A stretch of DNA of 13,149 nucleotides, taken from positions 5,626 through 18,774 of the forward strand of contig JAQTNI010000026.1 of NCBI GenBank assembly GCA_028713935.1, read 5' to 3'. Source of the DNA: Candidatus Iainarchaeum sp. (GTDB taxonomy: Archaea > Iainarchaeota > Iainarchaeia > Iainarchaeales > GCA-2688035). Under the pieces are notes generated by a model. The model saw only the letters and a program-made list of their open reading frames with translations. It made no database searches and was not told the origin of the DNA. Shown here in pieces: positions 1 through 5,504 of this stretch; position 1 is the first letter of the stretch; each line of letters opens with the position of its first letter. A program made the position numbers and the translations under genes.

Positions 1-585
1 TATTACTCCGTCAACAACGTATTCTTCAACTCCGTATTTTCCAAACCTGTTTGTGCCTTCCTGTATCTCTGATGTCATCAGGGAAGTTGCACCGCTTCTC
101 ATAAGCACATAGCTGAGTTTTAAGATTGCTTTTCTCACTTCGCTGGAGTTTTCAAAATTGAATCCCAAAGCAGGAATTGAGTCTATTACAACTCTTTTTG
201 CGCCTATTCTTTTTATTACGCGCATTATTTCGAGCAGAAGCTTGTCAACATCATAGCCTGTTACTGGCAATGCATATTCTTCCTGTGATGGCATGCCTAT
301 TTTTGCAATTGAACCGTCAATTATCTGGATTTTGTTTGCTTCTTCCAGTTTTTTAAGGTCCCAGCCGAATCTCATTACATCTTCCCTTATCAGGTCAGGC
401 CTTTCGTCAAGAGTCACATAAACTCCCGGTTCTCCATAGTCTTTTGCGCCGCTGTAAATATATTGCATGCAAAAAATTGTTTTTCCTGTTCCGCATGCGC
501 CGCTGAGGAGAATGCTTCTTCCTTCTGGAAACCCGCCTTCCATTAATTCGTCCAAGCCGTAAATCCCGGTTTTTATCCTTTTCAT
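1..585 (-). CDS. KaiC-like RecA-superfamily ATPase, N-terminal part only (C-terminus runs off the window start)
   Basis: Not in the ORF track because there is no stop in the window. The reverse complement from ATG (585-583) stays open for 195 codons to base 1: MKRIKTGIYGLDELMEGGFPEGRSILLSGACGTGKTIFCMQYIYSGAKDYGEPGVYVTLDERPDLIREDVMRFGWDLKKLEE...AKRVVIDSIPAL... It has Walker A GACGTGKT and a Walker B-like RVVIDS. The GIxGLDELxxGG opening is typical of archaeal KaiC-family ATPases. Confidence 0.8.
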   Translation of the reverse strand, partial: MKRIKTGIYGLDELMEGGFPEGRSILLSGACGTGKTIFCMQYIYSGAKDYGEPGVYVTLDERPDLIREDVMRFGWDLKKLEEANKIQIIDGSIAKIGMPSQEEYALPVTGYDVDKLLLEIMRVIKRIGAKRVVIDSIPALGFNFENSSEVRKAILKLSYVLMRSGATSLMTSEIQEGTNRFGKYGVEEYVVDGVI

Positions 586-634
586 TACACCACCAATAAC
601 AATGGATTAACTGATAAAATAAATGAAATTCGCC

Positions 635-2503
635 TTAAATTCTTTCCGCTTCGAATACCTGCGGAAGTTTTCTTATTTTTTGCATTATTTTTTCCAGTTG
701 TTTTGCCTGCTGGATTCTGACATTGAACAATGCATTCACTGCCCTGCTTTTGTCCTCTTTTGCGCTTGTTGAAACAAGGCTTGCTCCCGAAGAAGAAATA
801 ATGTTTAAAATTCCCGGCAAAAGGCTCGAGGATTCCCTTGCCTTTACCTGTATTTTTACTGCAAAAAATTTTCCAGACCCCATTTCCCAGTCCATTTGCA
901 CAATTTTTTCTTTTCCCGCTTTCAGGATATTTTCGCAGTCCGCCTTGTGCGCAATGATTTTTCTTTTTGTGGTTTTCAATCCGATTATCTCTTCGCCCGG
1001 CAGCGGGTTGCAGCATTTTGCGATTTTTACATTGCTGTTTCCAGTTGTGACATTCTTTCCCGGCTTTGCTGTTTTTTTTATTGCAGGCAACTTCAGCCCG
1101 AGTTTTTGCCGTATTTTTGCCTTTGCTTTTTCAGATTTTGCAAATCCAAGCCAGTCCCTTTTTACCTGCACAGTTTGGCTTGGAATTATTTCTATTGTGT
1201 CAGCATTTTCAATTTTATAGTCAAGCGGGACTATTTTTCCATTGGCCTTGGCTTTCTGGCATTTTAAGCCAAGGTCAGAGTGGATTGCAAAAGCAAAGTC
1301 AACAGGAGTTGATTTTCCCGGCAGGACAACAACCTTGTTTTTCGGGGTTAATGCAAAAATTTTGTCTTCCCCAAAATCTATTTTCAATGAATCCACAAAT
1401 TTGCTTGTTTTTTTCTTTGCCCTGAACCCCTCAATTATTGCCTGGCCCCAGCCCAGTTTTGCGTCAAAATACCTGTTTGCAGGGTACTCTTTGTAAGCCC
1501 AGTGTGAGGCAAGGCCAGTTTCATTGTCCCAGTGCATTTCCATTGTTCTAATCTGTATTTCCACTGGCTTTTTTTGCCAGACAATCACTGTATGAAGCCC
1601 CCTGTAATTGTTTTCCTTCGGATTAATTATATAATCATCAAATTCCTGCGGCACAATTGTGTAATTTGAATGGATAACCCCGAGAATTTCATAGCATTGC
1701 TTTATTGAATCGCAAATTAGCCTTATGCCACGCAAATCCGGCAGTTCCTCGAATTTTTTTCCCAGATTCATTTTTTTGTAAATTGAAAAAAAATGCTTTG
1801 GCCTGCCTGAAATGCTTGCTTTTATTTTTTCTTTTTTTAAAAGGCAGCTTATTTCTTCCGCAATAATCCTGATTTCTTTTTCCCTCGTCCCCCTTTGCTG
1901 CCTGACAAGGGCTTTTATGTTGCCAAATTCTTTTGGGTTTAGTGCCTTGAAACAGGAATCTTCAAGCTGCCATTTCATTTGGTGAAGCCCAAGCTTGTCG
2001 CAGATTGGCACGAAAATTGCAAGGCAGCGCTTTGCAAAATTTTCTTTTGCGTTTTCATCAAGAACAGCATCGCTGCCTAGCGAGTCAAAAGCAGAGGCAA
2101 GTATAATCAGCACTGCCCTGATATCGCGTGCAACAGCCAGGATTACATTTGAAAGGAGCTCGTCTGAAAAATTCTGGAAATTTTTTTCCTCTATCTGGAA
2201 TGCCTTTGCGCATTCTTCCACAATTTCGGCTATTTCTTCGCCAAAAAAAGAATTTATTTCTTCTCTCTTTGTGTTTCCTGCGAGAAAAGTGTCGTGCAGC
2301 AATGCAGAGGCAATTGTGGCGTCGTCTGTGCCTGTCTGTGCCATTAGCAAGGCAACATTGAGAATGTGCTGTATTGCAGGCGAATCTTTTTTTGCAGCCT
2401 GTTTTTCCAGTGCAAACTCAAATGCTTTTTCCAAAAGCTTCCTGTCCGCTTTTGGATTGAATTTTCTTGCTTCTAGGAGGATATCTTCGAAATTTTTTTG
2501 CAT
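635..2503 (-). CDS. Long RelA/SpoT homologue (RSH): HD-like domain, (p)ppGpp synthetase, TGS, Zn-finger and ACT/RRM domains. The hydrolase motifs appear degenerate (RelA-like).
   Basis: 622-aa ORF. HD-like N-terminus with H46 and H70-D71 (ALLHDTF). Synthetase motifs: SGRPKHFFSIYKKM, DLRGIRLI, EFDDY, YRGLHTVI, VEIQIRTMEMHWDNETGLASHWAYKE. TGS: IFALTPKNKVVVLPGKSTPVDFAFAIHSDLG...ANGKIVPLDYKIENADTIEII. Zn-finger/CC: CCNPLPGEEIIG...IIAHKADCENI. C-terminal ACT/RRM-like: FAVKIQVKARESSSLLPGILNIISSSGASLVS. Confidence 0.9.
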   Translation of the reverse strand: MQKNFEDILLEARKFNPKADRKLLEKAFEFALEKQAAKKDSPAIQHILNVALLMAQTGTDDATIASALLHDTFLAGNTKREEINSFFGEEIAEIVEECAKAFQIEEKNFQNFSDELLSNVILAVARDIRAVLIILASAFDSLGSDAVLDENAKENFAKRCLAIFVPICDKLGLHQMKWQLEDSCFKALNPKEFGNIKALVRQQRGTREKEIRIIAEEISCLLKKEKIKASISGRPKHFFSIYKKMNLGKKFEELPDLRGIRLICDSIKQCYEILGVIHSNYTIVPQEFDDYIINPKENNYRGLHTVIVWQKKPVEIQIRTMEMHWDNETGLASHWAYKEYPANRYFDAKLGWGQAIIEGFRAKKKTSKFVDSLKIDFGEDKIFALTPKNKVVVLPGKSTPVDFAFAIHSDLGLKCQKAKANGKIVPLDYKIENADTIEIIPSQTVQVKRDWLGFAKSEKAKAKIRQKLGLKLPAIKKTAKPGKNVTTGNSNVKIAKCCNPLPGEEIIGLKTTKRKIIAHKADCENILKAGKEKIVQMDWEMGSGKFFAVKIQVKARESSSLLPGILNIISSSGASLVSTSAKEDKSRAVNALFNVRIQQAKQLEKIMQKIRKLPQVFEAERI

Positions 2504-2528
2504 GAATAAAAAACCCTCTGGCGGAATA

Positions 2529-2536
2529 ATTTAAAT
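2529..2536. promoter_or_regulatory. Palindromic TATA-like box (ATTTAAAT) in the divergent RSH/tpiA intergenic region
   Basis: The perfect palindrome atttaaat lies 26 nt from the RSH ATG (2503, minus strand) and 21 nt from the tpiA ATG (2557, plus strand). This spacing fits archaeal TATA boxes driving leaderless or short-leader mRNAs in both directions. Similar TATA-to-ATG spacing recurs at other genes in the window. Confidence 0.35.
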
Positions 2537-2556
2537 ACTTCTCGCAGCTATTTTAA

Positions 2557-3288
2557 ATGAAAGGTGCGCTTTTTCCTGGTGTTTTTTTGAAGCTGAAACT
2601 CCCTGTTTTGTTCATTAATTTCAAGGCTTATGAAGAAGCCACTGGCAAAAAAGCCCTGGCTCTCGCAAAAAAAGCAGAGGCAATTGCAAAAAAATCCAGG
2701 GCTTCAATTGTTTTGGTTGTGCAGGCAACTGACATTTTTTTTCTTTCAAAAAAATCTTTTCTTCCCCTGTTTGCGCAGCATGTTGACCCGATTGAATATG
2801 GCAAGCACTCTGGCTGGATTTCTCCCGGCTCTGTAAAACAGGCAGGCGCAATTGGAACTGTTTTGAATCACGCGGAGCACAAGCTGGAAAATCCTGTCCT
2901 TGAAAAGGCAATTGCCCTTGCAAAGGGCGCAGGCTTGCTTGTAATGGCCTGTGCAGAGAACCTTGAAAGGGCAAGGCAGATTGCTTCTTTTTTCTCAAAG
3001 CCGGATTTTATTGCAATTGAGCCGCCAGAACTTATTTCCCGCGAAGATGTTTCAGTCAGCACTGCAAGGCCTGGGCTTATTTCAGATTCTGTGAATGCAA
3101 TAAAGCAAATTGCCCCCGGGATAACTGTAATCACGGGCGCAGGAATATTCAATTCCACTGATGTTTCAAAGGCAATTGAGCTTGGCACTTCAGGGGTTTT
3201 TGTTGCAAATAAAATTGTAAAAGCCGCTGACCAAAAAAAAGCAATTCTTGATTTGGTTTCAGGTTTAAAAACTGATAAGAAGAATTAA
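2557..3288 (+). CDS. tpiA: Triosephosphate isomerase, archaeal type
   Basis: LFINFKAYEEATGKKALALAKKAE (catalytic Lys in NFKAY), GTVLNHAEHKL (catalytic His) and FIAIEPPELIS (catalytic Glu) match the archaeal short TIM layout. The N-terminus is ~17 aa longer than usual, so TTG at 2587 (in frame) is an alternative start. Confidence 0.9.
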   Translation: MKGALFPGVFLKLKLPVLFINFKAYEEATGKKALALAKKAEAIAKKSRASIVLVVQATDIFFLSKKSFLPLFAQHVDPIEYGKHSGWISPGSVKQAGAIGTVLNHAEHKLENPVLEKAIALAKGAGLLVMACAENLERARQIASFFSKPDFIAIEPPELISREDVSVSTARPGLISDSVNAIKQIAPGITVITGAGIFNSTDVSKAIELGTSGVFVANKIVKAADQKKAILDLVSGLKTDKKN

Positions 3289-3300
3289 TTAATTATTGCG

Positions 3301-3308
3301 TTTTTTTT
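3301..3308 (+). terminator. Oligo-T tract (T8) just downstream of the tpiA stop
   Basis: gcgTTTTTTTTaa lies 13 nt after the TAA of tpiA, and archaeal termination uses oligo-T runs. It is followed by tttaaaaa (3311-3318), a TATA-like element ahead of the next gene. Confidence 0.35.
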
Positions 3309-3336
3309 AATTTAAAAAATTTTGAGGGTGTTTTGC

Positions 3337-4464
3337 ATGGTTGTTGCTTCCGATTTAATGGAAAAGGATTTTTTGAGAATTGAAAAGGACTCTGTTTTGT
3401 CGCAGGCCATTGGAAAAATGGTTTCTTCAAAAAAGCCTGCTGCGCTTGTTTTTGACAACAATGCTTTTGCAGGCCTGGTTTCAATAAAAATCCTTGCCAG
3501 GAAAACAATTTCAAATCCCTCTGAAACAAAAATCGGCTCTCTTGCGGAATCAATGCCAGTGCTTAAAGAAACAATGCCTATTGAAAAAATCGCTGACCTT
3601 CTTTTTTCAAGCGACGCAAGGGTTTTGCCGGTAGTGAAAAACAGCGCTGTTATTGGCGTGGTTTCCCTGGTTTCAGTTGCAAAGGCAATCGCCTCAATGC
3701 CTGAAATAAAAAAAATTCCCCTTTCAAAAATTGTCAGGAATGCGGTTGTCCTGACTGAAACAGATTCTGTTGGCAGGGCAATTGCATTGATGAAAGAAAC
3801 AAATTCCCTCAGCGCCGCTGTTGTTGATAAAAATTCAAGGCTGATTGGAGTGGTTTCCCTGGAAGAAATCGTGAAAAAATTCCTGCTTTTGCAGAAAGAA
3901 AAATACCGTGCCTCCAAATATTCAAGCGGCGGAACTTCAGGCTCAATAAACCCTGAAAAAGATTCCATGGCAAGCACTCTTGCCCGCAACGAAATGTCAG
4001 AAAATTTTGTTTCAATTGGGCCGAACGAAACAGTCCTGAGGGCTGCTTCTCTCATGGCTTCAAGCAATGCCAGTGAAATAATTGCAGAGGAAAATTCAAG
4101 GGTTCTTGGAATTGTTTCCGCAAAAAACATTCTGCCGTTGCTTCAGTCCCTGAAGCCAGCAAAAAACATTCAGATTGCAAAAATGCCGGTTGTAGATGAA
4201 ATTGACAAGGCAGAACTAATCGGGTTTATTGACAAGGTTTATGACAAAATTGCAAGGATTGTTCCAGGAGAATTTTCCCTGCATGTGCATTTTAAGTCCC
4301 ATGAAAAAGGCGGTGCAAGGAAAAAGCACACTGTTCACTTAAAACTGGTGACGCCAAAAAAAACAATTGTTTCAAAAGCAGTTGACTGGAAGCTCTTGAT
4401 TGCAGTTAAAAATGCAGCGGACTCCCTTGAAAGGGAAACAATTGGCTTTGTAAAAAGAAAATAG
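3337..4464 (+). CDS. Four tandem CBS domains (two Bateman modules) fused to a C-terminal HPF/RaiA (S30AE)-like domain
   Basis: I prefer ATG 3337 (MVVASDLMEKDF...) over the track's TTG 3322. The SD-like gagggtg lies at 3324-3330. There are four CBS-like repeats, each ending in h-G-h-V-S: AFAGLVSIKIL, VIGVVSLVSV, LIGVVSLEEI, VLGIVSAKNI. The last ~97 aa (about 4168-4461) are IQIAKMPVVDEIDKAELIGFIDKVYDKIARIVPGEFSLHVHFKSHEKGGARKKHTVHLKLVTPKKTIVSKAVDWKLLIAVKNAADSLERETIGFVKRK. By eye this aligns with the beta-alpha-beta-beta-beta-alpha pattern of E. coli HPF/YfiA (...DMYAAIDGLIDKLARQLTKHKDK). Confidence 0.8.
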   Translation: MVVASDLMEKDFLRIEKDSVLSQAIGKMVSSKKPAALVFDNNAFAGLVSIKILARKTISNPSETKIGSLAESMPVLKETMPIEKIADLLFSSDARVLPVVKNSAVIGVVSLVSVAKAIASMPEIKKIPLSKIVRNAVVLTETDSVGRAIALMKETNSLSAAVVDKNSRLIGVVSLEEIVKKFLLLQKEKYRASKYSSGGTSGSINPEKDSMASTLARNEMSENFVSIGPNETVLRAASLMASSNASEIIAEENSRVLGIVSAKNILPLLQSLKPAKNIQIAKMPVVDEIDKAELIGFIDKVYDKIARIVPGEFSLHVHFKSHEKGGARKKHTVHLKLVTPKKTIVSKAVDWKLLIAVKNAADSLERETIGFVKRK

Positions 4465-4470
4465 TTTTTT

Positions 4471-4710
4471 TTATCTTTTTTTCTTTTTTTTCTTTGCTTT
4501 TGAAGCCTTTTTTGGCCTTGCTTTTGCCTTCTGCTTTGATTTTTTGGCAGGTTTTTTCTTTGGCATTCTTGAAGGCTTTTTGCTGCGAACCTTTTTCCTG
4601 CGCTCCCTCATTGTGGCAGGCATGAACAGCTCCAAATCAGTGCTTTTTTCTTCGCGGAGCTCTCTTCGCATCTCATCAATAATGTCCTTGACTGTTTTCC
4701 GCTCTTCCAT
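4471..4710 (-). CDS. Small basic protein with an acidic/helical N-terminus and a poly-Lys tail (hypothetical; possibly nucleic-acid binding)
   Basis: 79-aa ORF: MEERKTVKDIIDEMRRELREEKSTDLELFMPATMRERRKKVRSKKPSRMPKKKPAKKSKQKAKARPKKASKAKKKKKKR. A TATA-like ttttatata on the minus strand (about 4753-4762) lies upstream. The low-complexity tail makes the coding status uncertain. Confidence 0.4.
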   Translation of the reverse strand: MEERKTVKDIIDEMRRELREEKSTDLELFMPATMRERRKKVRSKKPSRMPKKKPAKKSKQKAKARPKKASKAKKKKKKR

Positions 4711-4896
4711 AACCTAAACCTTCAAAATCGTAATTAGTAGTTTTTTTCTAGTATATAAAATTATGTTCCTCAAAGATGCCCCCAAAACAAGGTTATGTAG
4801 AATAATTCCCTGGCTTGCCAGCTGCAGAAAGCAAAAATTTCACCAACCTTATCTGCGGCGTAATCTTGGCCTGCGCCTTGCCTTTTTGGCTGCTAA

Positions 4897-5280
4897 CTAG
4901 CTTCCAATTCCTGCGCCAATAACTGCACTGCCTGCAATGCATTTTGTTTTGTGCTTTTGCTTGAATTGTTTTACTCTGTCAAGGCGTTTTGCCCAAACTG
5001 CATGTGTTTTTCCTCTTTTTGCATAATCCTGCTGTAATTCCCATGCAGCCATTTCACCAGCTGCATTGTGAAAGTTCGAGCTGGCAAAAAATTTTTTCCA
5101 TTCAGCGTTTGTTTTTCGCGAAACTAATTTTTCAGCTGCTTCAATGCCGGAATTTGTTAGTGCGCCACTGCCAAGGGCCATTCCTGCAATGACTGTGGCT
5201 TTTCTAATTCTCCGCCTTCTCGGGCTTTCAATTTTTTTCTTGGCATAGGTTAGGGCAGGGATTGCGTTTTGTTGTGTCAT
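4897..5280 (-). CDS. Hypothetical protein with two glycine-zipper-like hydrophobic segments (putative small membrane protein)
   Basis: The track ORF 4897..5346 begins at a TTG. In-frame ATGs lie at 5301 and 5280. The palindromic TATA-like gttaattaac (5302-5311) sits 23-30 nt upstream of ATG 5280, favouring MTQQNAIPAL... Segments VIAGMALGSGALTNSG and CIAGSAVIGAGIGS (extreme C-terminus) look like GxxxG/glycine-zipper helices flanking a ~75-aa K/R/Q/W-rich helical region. Confidence 0.55.
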   Translation of the reverse strand: MTQQNAIPALTYAKKKIESPRRRRIRKATVIAGMALGSGALTNSGIEAAEKLVSRKTNAEWKKFFASSNFHNAAGEMAAWELQQDYAKRGKTHAVWAKRLDRVKQFKQKHKTKCIAGSAVIGAGIGS

Positions 5281-5504
5281 TGTCAAATCAGCTATTAACA
5301 TGTTAATTAACTTTCCGCGGGGCTTTGCACGTAAAGTCAAGTTCAACGGTTCAAATCAAACTTGTCTTTGATAAAACTCCAAAATTTATCCCAAAAGTCA
5401 TCAATTTCTTTTGTTATTGCCAAAGACTAAAATCTGCCATAAACTCACTTCTTTCTCGCTGTGCTCCAATAAGGGCTTTTGCATTTTTGGGTCTCCAAAT
5501 TTGA

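Noticed and set aside
585-2534. ORF-track entries overlapping the RSH gene: 585..1016 (-), 723..1220, 896..1267, 1066..1425, 1242..1496, 1995..2534 and 2128..2361 (+).
   Set aside because: All lie inside or antisense to the strongly supported 622-aa RSH ORF. Their products are low-complexity F/L/S/C-rich peptides typical of shadow frames of an AT-rich gene, with no motifs.
2621-4130. Antisense and overlapping ORFs within tpiA and the CBS gene (2621..2998 -, 2630..2836 +, 2868..3188 -, 3293..3553 -, 3312..4130 -, 3809..4015 -).
   Set aside because: These are shadow frames of well-supported genes. The 272-aa antisense ORF 3312..4130 is S/F/I/A-rich and motif-less, and mirrors the CBS gene's codon bias.
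4763-4903. 46-codon plus-strand sORF (MFLKDAPKTRLCRIIPWLASCRKQKF...) and a small ctgg/ccag hairpin in the 4711-4896 spacer.
   Set aside because: The ATG abuts the TATA-like sequence with no room for a promoter. The peptide is Cys/Arg-rich with no features, and the hairpin has only a 4-bp stem. This is probably just intergenic sequence.
5348-5357. tRNA T-loop-like string GGTTCAAATC.
   Set aside because: The flanks (aac|gg ttcaaat caaac) cannot form a T-stem, and no acceptor or anticodon arms are present on either strand. This is not a tRNA or tRNA fragment I can support.
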